Shown: positions 36,701 to 44,295 of the stretch, piece after piece
Layout: each line of letters begins with the position of its first letter
Position numbering within the stretch: position 1 is the stretch's first letter
Assembly: GCA_001794025.1 (NCBI GenBank)
Contig: MGJA01000013.1
Coordinates: 1-59,436 of the forward strand
Reading direction: 5' to 3'
Origin: Candidatus Yanofskybacteria bacterium RIFCSPHIGHO2_01_FULL_41_21
GTDB lineage: Bacteria; Patescibacteriota; Minisyncoccia; 2-02-FULL-40-12; GWA2-44-9
DNA length: 59,436 nt
Translations under genes and position numbers: made by a program
The notes under the pieces: model-generated
Databases searched by the model: none
The model's input: only the letters and a program-made list of their open reading frames with translations
Told to the model about the DNA's origin: nothing

Positions 36701-38872
36701 GCCGGTTTGTTCCTCGTCGGATTGAACATCACTGTTAACAATAATACGATTACTGGTAATGATAACTTCGGTGTCTACATTCCGGCAACCGCAGGCAGCG
36801 GAGGAGCGAACGACATTACGGGACTCGTCATTGGCGGTAGCGACACCGACTTTAACAAAATATTTGACAACGGCTTGGGTGTTAAAGATGAATTGGGCGA
36901 CTCTTCCGACGCCGAATACAACTGGTGGGGCGACATGACCGGACCCGAGCAGACGACAAGCAATCCATTGGGAACGGGCAATGGTATTGATGACAGTGAT
37001 TCGGTTGATTACAGTCCGTGGTGTCTCGATGACACCTGCTCGGATTTCGGTTCCAGCGACCCAATAGATCACTTTGATATTGATCCATCGGTGGGTTCAG
37101 CAATCGTAAATGTGCCGATTACACTCACAGTAACAGCCAAAGATGCAGCTGATATTACCCGCGTTAATGATGTTAGTGTAGTTTCAATGGCGGCTGATCA
37201 TGGCGCTTCGCTCGGAACTTTACTTCTAACTTTGATAAGTGGGACCAGAGACACTACCGTAACGAATTCTGTGACGGGGACAGTTAATGTTTCTGGTATC
37301 AAAGTGGGCGGAACTGCCACTGGCTCAACTTCCGTGTCATTTACTAGCAGTGACCCTGACGCGCCTACAATCTCTAGTCACACTCCGGCGGATGATGCCA
37401 CCAGTATTAGTGTCAGTACCGCGCTATACATTATTTTTTCTGAAGCGCTTAAAGCATCAACCGTCAACTCCACTAACATCCAATTGAAGAAATACAGTGA
37501 TAATTCAACGGTGGCCGCCACGATATCGTTAGTGGAGGGTGGAACTAAAGTGGTAATTACTCCAACTAGTGATTTAGATTATTTGACCCAATACTACTTT
37601 GCCGTATCAACCAGCGTACAAGATGAGGTTGGTAATGCTTTGGCTAGTGCTCTGGATGTCGGCAGTAAGGATGCCCACGAGTTCACGACTGTCGCTGACA
37701 CCGCTGACCACACTGCCCCAACCGTTTCAAGTCATTTCCCGCTGGACAACGCGACTGATATTTCGGTTAATGTTGCTCCGTATATTATCTTCTCCGAGGC
37801 GTTGAAAGCATCAACCGTTAACTCCACCAATATCCAACTAAAGAAATATAGCGATGATTCTACTGTCGCCGCGACTATCTCCTTGGTAGAAGGTGGCACA
37901 CGGGTAATCATTACACCGACTAGCGCTTTGGATACCAGTGTCCAATACTACTTCGCTGTTTCAACCGCTGTTCAAGACGATGCAGGTAATGCTTTAGCTA
38001 GCGCCTTAGATGTCGATACAAAAGCTGTTCACGAGTTTACGACTGCAGTTGATACAGCTGATCACACTGCGCCGGTGATTGCCAGTCATACTCCGGCGGA
38101 TAACGCAACTGATATCGCCATTACTACTGTGCCATATATTACTTTCTCCGAGGCGCTCAAAGCCAGTACGGTCAACTCAACTAATATCCAGCTAAAGAAA
38201 TATAGCGATGATTCCACTGTTTCTGCTACTGTATCTTTGGTTGAAGGTGGAACAAGAGTTAATATTACTCCTGATAGTTCACTGGCGAACAATACCAAAT
38301 ACTACTTTGCCGTATCAACTGCTGTGCAAGATGAAGCGGGCAATGCCCTAGCGACCGCTCTGGATGTCGGTAGTAGGGATAGCCATGAGTTCACCACAGT
38401 AGCAGTCGTGCCGTTTGTTGTTGATGATATTGTCGCGCAATCTAGTACAGCAGAGCCAGATAACACTTATGTCAATGGCTGGCATTATACTTATTACCTG
38501 ACAATCAATGCTACGGACGAGACGGAACTCTTTGTAAAATTTGATGACTGGCTCAATACCACAGATGGAGTATCAAAGATAGAAGCGAACGGCAATATGC
38601 GGGTGCTCTTCAATAGTATTACTGGTGGCGGTTTGGGATCCATTGTTGGTAGTTTGACGGAGAGCGATATTGTAAATGGATTTGGTGATGTTGATTCTTA
38701 CGAAATTGGCAATGATTTTACCGACCAATTACCATCTGGGATTGAAACAGGGACTCTTGACACGGGGTCCGCGTCTGGAAGACAAATCCGATTTGATGTC
38801 TTCACAAAGATTCCGACTGATACAGTGGCCGGAGCATATGAGGCAGATTATACACTTCAATTAGGTAACTAA
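33770..38872 (+). CDS. Giant cell-surface protein (~1700 aa): Ig-like domains, right-handed beta-helix region, three SbsA-Ig-like tandem repeats
   Basis: Signal/TM segment; NxTxxGN beta-helix repeats ~35.9-36.9 kb; 3 x 118-aa repeats; start uncertain (ORF track 33710; GTG 33770 in frame). Confidence 0.75.
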   Translation: MKNITGLRRGGVVSKSVIAVVMTATFLMSGFFAPNNALAVISSIDVTYPAASDIYVKGTFNITWAAAGEPDDLVDIYYSTNDFGISTKLTASGIDYDAGTYAWNTTSPAIPDGASYKIKVKSTSNDINGISANTFTIDNTLPTVPTVLTPNGGQVLKGGDDYDITWTSSVDTNFSATPIKIEYSKLGDFSDTTTVVAATANDGSYTWSLPTDDTTTAKIRVTATDLAGNTGSDLSNATFTIDSTAPTIPVTTLTGTTVQADNDTITIVFSEPVLADDGTWSTNEFSAIESPDGTVLDLTGAVFGYAGSTLTITLSEANEYLQNGDFVAVTAVAGKIKDPAGNALAAIEVIGTVAVTGDVAAPTVALTYNPDRPVKDADTVTITATFNETILGTPQIAIATAGDGDVAATGMSTTADPLIWTYSWNVPSGTDDDGLATITISGVTDLAGNANAVASNNTRTVDNTAPSVSSYTLNGATAHTYFNPALGTVQIHITASEAVHFNRIRVCANGDAVCNDGTALKYFTQTTSFSSLGSKTWDGYDNQSTPVIAPDGVYKLNTNLEDEAGNVATVILTTYLITVDTADPTFSAFNAPATDAVYKTNTPLQFTPDDSATAVTCAYKIDTSSYISVDCTAATPFSDTIPDGSLSDGRHTVTIKVVDAANNSLESSPVSFVFDNNNTLTVDDDGIAFADFSTISEAITKSTTNDTINVAAGSYGNSLTVNKTLTINGGVGGETSTQTAAVSITADNVTLDNFTFTGNLGGDAFINLDNDTAHSGISLTNNTFDGAITTWHVIRAGGNKDDLTITGNTFTGSTSGNDNALILLGVGGSNINVSTNIFESFPSTYSLVAIQHSASGGARTDGLTISGNSFDYTGYTNAGNGSEAISVRYADNVTVNGNILTGSASDTTYEAGITLASVTSTGGQSVISGNTVNGFSRGIRIQRWSGGDGFADDVEITNNTVTDGVSNDLNYGAASTGAGLFLVGLNITVNNNTITGNDNFGVYIPATAGSGGANDITGLVIGGSDTDFNKIFDNGLGVKDELGDSSDAEYNWWGDMTGPEQTTSNPLGTGNGIDDSDSVDYSPWCLDDTCSDFGSSDPIDHFDIDPSVGSAIVNVPITLTVTAKDAADITRVNDVSVVSMAADHGASLGTLLLTLISGTRDTTVTNSVTGTVNVSGIKVGGTATGSTSVSFTSSDPDAPTISSHTPADDATSISVSTALYIIFSEALKASTVNSTNIQLKKYSDNSTVAATISLVEGGTKVVITPTSDLDYLTQYYFAVSTSVQDEVGNALASALDVGSKDAHEFTTVADTADHTAPTVSSHFPLDNATDISVNVAPYIIFSEALKASTVNSTNIQLKKYSDDSTVAATISLVEGGTRVIITPTSALDTSVQYYFAVSTAVQDDAGNALASALDVDTKAVHEFTTAVDTADHTAPVIASHTPADNATDIAITTVPYITFSEALKASTVNSTNIQLKKYSDDSTVSATVSLVEGGTRVNITPDSSLANNTKYYFAVSTAVQDEAGNALATALDVGSRDSHEFTTVAVVPFVVDDIVAQSSTAEPDNTYVNGWHYTYYLTINATDETELFVKFDDWLNTTDGVSKIEANGNMRVLFNSITGGGLGSIVGSLTESDIVNGFGDVDSYEIGNDFTDQLPSGIETGTLDTGSASGRQIRFDVFTKIPTDTVAGAYEADYTLQLGN
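37361..38422 (+). repeat. Three tandem 354-bp (118-aa) intragenic repeats
   Basis: Units start at 37361, 37715 and 38069 (APTISSHTPADDAT / APTVSSHFPLDNAT / APVIASHTPADNAT ...). Confidence 0.9.
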
Positions 38873-38879
38873 AAATAAT

Positions 38880-39530
38880 ATGAAAACATTTTTAATTACA
38901 ATTCTGGCCTTCTTACTCACGGTTTCAATTGTGAGCGCGGCTTACACCGTAACGGGGACACTTTCAACTGACGGTAGTATTCCCAAAGCTCCCACATCTG
39001 TTATTGCAACTAAATCAGGGGACACCGCTATTACGGTTACTTGGACGGCTGTTGTTGGAGTCGAGGGTTACAAAGTATATCAAAAAAAAGACAGTGGTAG
39101 CTTTGAGCTAATTACTGGAAATGTTACAGCATTAAGTTACGTCAATTCCGGTTTAAGCAATGGAGTTTATTCGTATCAGGTGCAGTCATTTCTGGGCTCA
39201 TTAGCACCGGATCTCAACAGTATCGTGCCAACGTCTCCCATTACGATTGTTATTCCAACACCCACTCCGACACCGTCTGGTGGTGGTGGTGGAGGAGGCG
39301 GGGGTGGTGGTGGAGGATTGCCACCGGCCTCAACGCCGACACCAAGTCAAACACTGACTCCTTTGAGTACTGAAGCCGAGAAAGTAGATGTCTTTAACGA
39401 CAACAAGATTGATGTACTAGATTTCAACGTGCTCATGGCTAACTGGGGCAATGCCGGCACAGGTGATGTAAATAATGATGGTACCGTTGATATATTGGAC
39501 TTTAATATGTTGATGGCTTATTGGTCATAA
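38880..39530 (+). CDS. Secreted FN3-domain protein with poly-Gly linker and C-terminal dockerin-like repeats
   Basis: Signal peptide; WTAV.GV.GYKVY FN3 pattern; duplicated DVNNDGTVDILDFNMLMAYW / NDNKIDVLDFNVLMANWG segments. Confidence 0.65.
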   Translation: MKTFLITILAFLLTVSIVSAAYTVTGTLSTDGSIPKAPTSVIATKSGDTAITVTWTAVVGVEGYKVYQKKDSGSFELITGNVTALSYVNSGLSNGVYSYQVQSFLGSLAPDLNSIVPTSPITIVIPTPTPTPSGGGGGGGGGGGGGLPPASTPTPSQTLTPLSTEAEKVDVFNDNKIDVLDFNVLMANWGNAGTGDVNNDGTVDILDFNMLMAYWS

Positions 39531-39542
39531 CAAATAGAAAAA

Positions 39543-40289
39543 ATGAAAACAAAAATTGCATTAATTTCTGCGGTCGGGATTTTTCTGGGAGCATTCGCTT
39601 TTGCGGCGAGCATGTCTTTATCGCCGTTGAATGTTTCTGTGAAGTCGGGCCAAACATTCAGTGTTCTTGTTTCACTTGATCCTCAATCTGGGAAAATATC
39701 AACCGCTAAAGTTGAATTAAAATATCCAGCCAATTTAGTTGAGGTAACCGGATTTAGTTTTGTCGGACCCAGTTGGATTGCTCTGGCCCAAGAAGGATAT
39801 GATTTGGTGGATAATACAAACGGCTCCATGATTAAAACGGCCGGCTATCCTAAAGGGGCTTCAGTACCGATAGCGTTTGGCACGGCTACGTTTAGAGCTA
39901 AACAGTCAGGGATAGCAACGATATCAGTGGGTGATAAGACATTACTTTTGGGAGCCGATGGAAAGAATAGTTTGTCGGGGGCGGTTGCACCGGTAAGTGT
40001 AACGATTACTGTTCCGACCCCAACCCCAACTCCTATTCCTACTCTTGCCGGAACTGTTGTAAGTTCAACTCCAAAGCCAATCGTTCAGCCCACTCAATCG
40101 CCTGAAGTTACGGAATCGGTGACACCGGTACCATCGGTTGAACCATCTGCTCAACAGGCATCAATTTTAGGTACCATCGGCAACAAATTGGATTTAGGCA
40201 CTGATAGTTGGCCAGTATCTTTAATTGTGGTTCTCGCTTTGGTATACGGCGCGTATTGGCTCATCAAACGAAAACTCAGAAAACAGTAG
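39543..40289 (+). CDS. Cohesin-like domain protein with Pro/Thr linker and C-terminal TM anchor
   Basis: Signal peptide; cohesin-like beta region (VSVKSGQTFSVLVSLD...VELKYPANLVEV); C-terminal hydrophobic helix plus KRKLRKQ. Confidence 0.55.
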   Translation: MKTKIALISAVGIFLGAFAFAASMSLSPLNVSVKSGQTFSVLVSLDPQSGKISTAKVELKYPANLVEVTGFSFVGPSWIALAQEGYDLVDNTNGSMIKTAGYPKGASVPIAFGTATFRAKQSGIATISVGDKTLLLGADGKNSLSGAVAPVSVTITVPTPTPTPIPTLAGTVVSSTPKPIVQPTQSPEVTESVTPVPSVEPSAQQASILGTIGNKLDLGTDSWPVSLIVVLALVYGAYWLIKRKLRKQ

Positions 40290-40392
40290 ATTGTTCATAA
40301 CTCTGTTTTATCATCTGTAATATTGTAAGATAATAGAATTAGGATCCTTTGAGGATTGGTCGAACACAAACCAAAATTTTTTGTGCATATAT

Positions 40393-40578
40393 ATGTTAAA
40401 TAAAATTGCCCTAGCCCTTGTTATTATCGGGGGCATCAACTGGGGTTTGGTTGGTCTGTTCGATTATAATCTCGTTGGAGTTGTTCTCGGTGGTGATATG
40501 AGTACTCTAGCCAAGGTTGTCTATGATCTCGTAGGATTGAGCGCCGTTTACGTCGCTTTTACGGGCTGGAAATCGTAG
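40393..40578 (+). CDS. DUF378 membrane protein
   Basis: IGGINWGLVGLF...NLV pattern. Confidence 0.6.
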   Translation: MLNKIALALVIIGGINWGLVGLFDYNLVGVVLGGDMSTLAKVVYDLVGLSAVYVAFTGWKS

Positions 40579-40592
40579 TTGTCACAACTGTA

Positions 40593-40634
40593 GTTACAAA
40601 ACAATCCCGACATCTGTCGGGATTGTTTTGTAAC
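40593..40634 (+). terminator. Perfect 20-bp-stem hairpin
   Basis: GTTACAAAACAATCCCGACA TC TGTCGGGATTGTTTTGTAAC. Confidence 0.55.
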
Positions 40635-40678
40635 ATGGCTTATAAAGTGGTATATTTAGGTTATTAAAGCAGAAAAAT

Positions 40679-41722
40679 ATGAAACACTATAAATCAGAAT
40701 TGTATTTTTTGCTGACTCTTCTTTTGGGAGTCATGGTTCTCTCATTTCTTATTTTTAAACCCTTTCTTTATGTGACGTTGCTGGCAATTTTTATCGCAAC
40801 CGTATTCTATCCATTTTATCTAAGAATGCTTGCTTGGGTGCGCGGGAATAGAGGGTTAGCATCTCTTTTCACTATTTTTATAATTGTTGTCATTCTAATT
40901 ATTCCTCTCATTTTTTTGGCCACGCAAATCCTTCAGGAGGCCACTCAACTTTATCAATATCTTTTGAGCGATGAAGGGGTGGTCGCTTTTTCAACAAGCA
41001 TGGATAAGGTGATTGATATTATGGGGGGAGTCATGCCTATACCGGCCGGATCCTCTCTTGATGCCCATTATTATATAAAGCAAGGGCTAGATTGGCTGTT
41101 ACCGCGTCTTTCCACATTTCTTTCGGATATTGCTCTCATGGTGATGAATGCATTTATATTTCTTATAGCGTTGTATTACTTGTTTAAAGATGGACCGAAA
41201 CTTAAAAAAACAATAGTAAGGTTGAGCCCATTGCAAGATGTCCATGATGAGGAGATATTTAATAAGCTTACATTGGCCACTAACTCGGTTATTAAAGGGA
41301 ATCTCATTATAGTTTTAATTCAAGGAGCCATGGCTGCTTTAGGATTTTTCTTATTTGGTGTTCCAAGTCCGGTTCTTTGGGGGGCTGTGGCTGCTGTTGC
41401 GGCTGTTATCCCGGGATTTGGTACAGCGCTTGTGGTCGCGCCGGCGATTATATATCTTCTTTTTAACGGGGAAACCTCTTCGGCTATCGGGTTATTCATT
41501 TGGGGATTAACCGCCGTCGGGCTGGTTGATAATATATTAGGGCCTAAATTAGTAGAACGGGGAATGAAAATCCATCCATTTCTGATTCTTCTTTCTATTC
41601 TTGGTGGTCTAGCTCTGTTTGGTCCCTTAGGATTTCTGTTTGGTCCGCTTGTTTTGAGTTTGTTTTTTGCGCTCTCGGAAATTTACTCTGCGATGCACAA
41701 AGAGCACCAGGACAAATTATAG
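40679..41722 (+). CDS. AI-2E family transporter (PerM/UPF0118)
   Basis: ~8 TM helices, typical size and loop pattern. Confidence 0.7.
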   Translation: MKHYKSELYFLLTLLLGVMVLSFLIFKPFLYVTLLAIFIATVFYPFYLRMLAWVRGNRGLASLFTIFIIVVILIIPLIFLATQILQEATQLYQYLLSDEGVVAFSTSMDKVIDIMGGVMPIPAGSSLDAHYYIKQGLDWLLPRLSTFLSDIALMVMNAFIFLIALYYLFKDGPKLKKTIVRLSPLQDVHDEEIFNKLTLATNSVIKGNLIIVLIQGAMAALGFFLFGVPSPVLWGAVAAVAAVIPGFGTALVVAPAIIYLLFNGETSSAIGLFIWGLTAVGLVDNILGPKLVERGMKIHPFLILLSILGGLALFGPLGFLFGPLVLSLFFALSEIYSAMHKEHQDKL

Positions 41723-41735
41723 AATAATTTATTAT

Positions 41736-42164
41736 ATGAAAACTAGATTTTGGTTATCAGAATACGGTCTTTATTTATCTTGGGCAATCGCTCTTGTTTC
41801 CATGGTTGCGAGTTTATATTTCAGTGAAGTTGTGGGTATTGTTCCCTGTATATTATGTTGGCTTCAACGTATCGCGATGTACCCGCTGGTAGCGATTATT
41901 GCCGTAGGTATTATCCGACGAGATAAAGTCGTTTCATTATATGTCTTACCCCTTAGTATCATTGGCGCTATCATTGCCTTTTATCAAAATCTGCTTATTT
42001 GGGGTGTTGTTTCTGAAACCCTTGCCCCGTGCTCATTTGGTGTCTCCTGTGTAACCCAAAGTTTTGTTGTCTTGAATTTTATTACCATTCCGTTATTATC
42101 ACTGGTGTCGTTTTTAATCATAACCATTCTAATGGCTGTCCATTGGAAATATAACAATGAATAA
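41736..42164 (+). CDS. Disulfide bond formation protein DsbB/BdbC family
   Basis: CILCWLQRIAMYP motif, four TM helices, second Cys pair CSFGVSC. Confidence 0.75.
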   Translation: MKTRFWLSEYGLYLSWAIALVSMVASLYFSEVVGIVPCILCWLQRIAMYPLVAIIAVGIIRRDKVVSLYVLPLSIIGAIIAFYQNLLIWGVVSETLAPCSFGVSCVTQSFVVLNFITIPLLSLVSFLIITILMAVHWKYNNE

Positions 42165-42798
42165 AGAAACAGCAATAATGATTGGGGTATTTGTCATAAT
42201 ATTTGGTGGTCTTGGGTTTTTAATCACCCGTAATAATCAAGTCGCAACCACGCCTGCTTCCAAAGACCAACTCATAAGGCCTAACAGTCATAGTACAGTC
42301 AATCCGGATGCGAAGGTCAGTATTGTAGAATTCGGGGATTTTCAATGTCCGGCCTGTGCGGCGGCTTTTCCGATTGTAGAGCAACTCCTTGCTTTATATA
42401 AAGATAATCCTCAAGTAAATTTTGTTTCCAGAAATTTTCCTTTGCCCCAGCATCAGTATGCTCTCATAACTGCTGAAGCGGCTGAAGCGGCCGGTGCGCA
42501 AGGGAAGTACTGGGAGATGTATCGGCTCATCTATACCAATCAAAATGAGTGGGTTAATTCCGCCGATCCGATGTCAATCCTTGTCGGTTACGCCACTCAA
42601 TTAAAACTTGATATAGGACGATTTAAATCTGAAGTAACGGCTAATAAATACAACGATATTATTGAACAAGATAAACAGGATGGTCTTGCATTGGGTATTA
42701 ACTCTACTCCAACCTTCTTTATTAATGGTGTTCGTGCCACAGGTGTTCAGGATTTTGCCGATTTCAAAGCCCGTGTTGATTCAGCACTAGCGCAATAG
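42157..42798 (+). CDS. DsbA/BdbD-like thiol:disulfide oxidoreductase
   Basis: TM anchor; FGDFQCPAC active site. Confidence 0.8.
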   Translation: MNKETAIMIGVFVIIFGGLGFLITRNNQVATTPASKDQLIRPNSHSTVNPDAKVSIVEFGDFQCPACAAAFPIVEQLLALYKDNPQVNFVSRNFPLPQHQYALITAEAAEAAGAQGKYWEMYRLIYTNQNEWVNSADPMSILVGYATQLKLDIGRFKSEVTANKYNDIIEQDKQDGLALGINSTPTFFINGVRATGVQDFADFKARVDSALAQ

Positions 42799-42805
42799 CT
42801 TCGCT

Positions 42806-43024
42806 CCCTCCACCCTAATACCCACTTAATTATTCGTAAAATTGTATCAACGTCACTTGAGGTATACTCTTATCCCCAGACCCGGGAAACCAGTCCCGTC
42901 GGTTTCCCCAAAGGGACCCCTTCCGCTACTGGGTCTAAGAGTATACCTCAAGTGACTCAGAATTAAATTTCTCCACAACCTGTCTACTGGTAGACAAGCT
43001 TCTCGCTGGGGGTTAGGGTGTCGG
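42806..43024 (+). repeat. Nested palindromic element, long form, carrying conserved asymmetric core (copy 1 of 4)
   Basis: Outer IR CCCTCCACCCTAA / TTAGGGTG; middle IR GTCACTTGAGGTATACTCTTAT / TAAGAGTATACCTCAAGTGAC; core 42874-42935. Confidence 0.85.
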
Positions 43025-43073
43025 TCACTGCCCCACTCCTTATTTTAAGCCAATTCTATACATACATGTGTCA

Positions 43074-43103
43074 TTGACATATACCATATATTTATGGTAT
43101 ACT
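43074..43103 (+). promoter_or_regulatory. Near-consensus sigma70-type promoter
   Basis: TTGACA (43074-43079), 18-nt spacer, TATACT (43098-43103); followed by 7-bp hairpin and AGGAGG. Confidence 0.6.
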
Positions 43104-43147
43104 TAAAGTACATTCGGGAATAAGCCCGAATAAACAGGAGGCAAAGT

Positions 43148-43402
43148 GTGAACAACATCTATCGGCTTTACCGTATCGACCGTGAACAGGGAGTGACCGA
43201 AGACAAGGCGGTTCTGGAATGGAATCGAGGATGCAACGGAACCGACCACGCAGACATGCTGAACAAGGTCTGGTTCGTGCACGGTCGCGTCGATTATGCA
43301 GAAGAGCTCATAACGGTCAATCGTGGCCGTTGCGATGGACTCTGCACTCCCGAAGAGCTGGGTGGATTCCTCCATCCGGTTCCCATTCGTCAGTTGGCTT
43401 AG
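43148..43402 (+). CDS. GC-rich orphan small protein (84 aa)
   Basis: GTG start 6 nt after AGGAGG; visibly higher GC than its flanks; no motif recognised. Confidence 0.5.
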   Translation: MNNIYRLYRIDREQGVTEDKAVLEWNRGCNGTDHADMLNKVWFVHGRVDYAEELITVNRGRCDGLCTPEELGGFLHPVPIRQLA

Positions 43403-43502
43403 GCCACCCGCCCGTGATGGAGCTTGCTCCTCGCGGGCTTCATCATTTTTAAATAGGTGAAGAATCATTATTTTTAATTAGAATTTATTGTATACTGGGA
43501 GT

Positions 43503-44162
43503 ATGAGATTTTTTCGTAAACATCTAAGAATTATTATTTCTGTTGGGGTTGTTGTGGTTGGAATAGTTTTTTTGTATTTTTTGCCGGTGGGTCAGTCGTT
43601 GTTTGGTATTAAATCAAGCCCGACTCCGACACCGGATTATTCCGGATGGCGAAGTTATACAAATCAAAAATATGGTATTTCTCTAAAATATCCGTCGGGT
43701 TTTCAGCTTGTACCTGGTAAAACCGGCCCACTGGCCGAGTGGCAATTATACGGTGTTATAGACGGAATTGAGATTGTAAGTATTGAAATTCCACGTTCAA
43801 GCCAGATTCGCACTAATTTTCTTGGTGCTTCTTTGCGTGTTGGTTTAAGTACTGATACGACAGCCATAAAAGAATGTTTAAGTCCTCCAAAATCATTTGA
43901 TTACAAAAATACATATACCAAGCGCGTTATTGGTGGAGTAACATTTCAGGAATTTGTTCGTTCTGAAGCGGGCGCCGGTAATTTTTATGAATACGTAAGC
44001 TATCGTGCCGTGCGAGATGGCGGATGCGAGGTTTTTGAATATTCTATTCATAAAACAAATATTGATAATTATCCTGTTGAAGCGGGAAGAAAAGAATTTG
44101 ATCGCATAGCTATTGTTAATGCTCTAGAATCAATATTGGACACAGTGCAATTTTTAAAATAA
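43503..44162 (+). CDS. Membrane-anchored hypothetical protein
   Basis: N-terminal TM helix; ATG 43503 preferred to TTG 43488. Confidence 0.5.
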   Translation: MRFFRKHLRIIISVGVVVVGIVFLYFLPVGQSLFGIKSSPTPTPDYSGWRSYTNQKYGISLKYPSGFQLVPGKTGPLAEWQLYGVIDGIEIVSIEIPRSSQIRTNFLGASLRVGLSTDTTAIKECLSPPKSFDYKNTYTKRVIGGVTFQEFVRSEAGAGNFYEYVSYRAVRDGGCEVFEYSIHKTNIDNYPVEAGRKEFDRIAIVNALESILDTVQFLK

Positions 44163-44181
44163 TTTGATATACTAAGCATGA

Positions 44182-44295
44182 ATCCCGTTAGAAGTGAACC
44201 CTAATGGGAATAAATTATATTAACTATTAATCAAAGTGTATCTAGCTTGCCACTATCTTAATACGGTGGATGTTGTGTAGCACTTCTAACGGGAT
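44182..44295 (+). promoter_or_regulatory. Structured 5' leader / palindromic element enclosing the start codon (homologue of 33423-33534)
   Basis: Arms ATCCCGTTAGAAGTG / CACTTCTAACGGGAT; extended -10 TGATATACT at 44166-44174 just upstream; AUG at 44294. Confidence 0.5.

Noticed and set aside
34381-38298. Many 60-196 aa alternative-frame and antisense ORFs inside the 33.7-38.9 kb gene
   Set aside because: They are nested within one uninterrupted 5.1 kb ORF with clear domain repeats. They are low-complexity translations typical of spurious ORFs in a GC-richer repetitive gene.
37361-38422. Possibility that the tandem repeats are a diversity-generating retroelement template/variable pair
   Set aside because: No reverse transcriptase ORF is in the window. 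The repeats are tandem and in frame within one gene, and differences are not restricted to adenine positions.
39281-39320. GGT/GGA/GGC run as a slipped-strand phase-variation tract
   Set aside because: It is a mixed-codon poly-Gly linker (not a homopolymer or perfect short repeat) between two domains. In-frame length changes would only alter linker length.
43103-43468. 121-aa minus-strand ORF overlapping the GC-rich small gene
   Set aside because: The plus-strand ORF has a consensus promoter, SD and proper spacing. The antisense ORF has none, and long antisense ORFs are expected in GC-rich segments.
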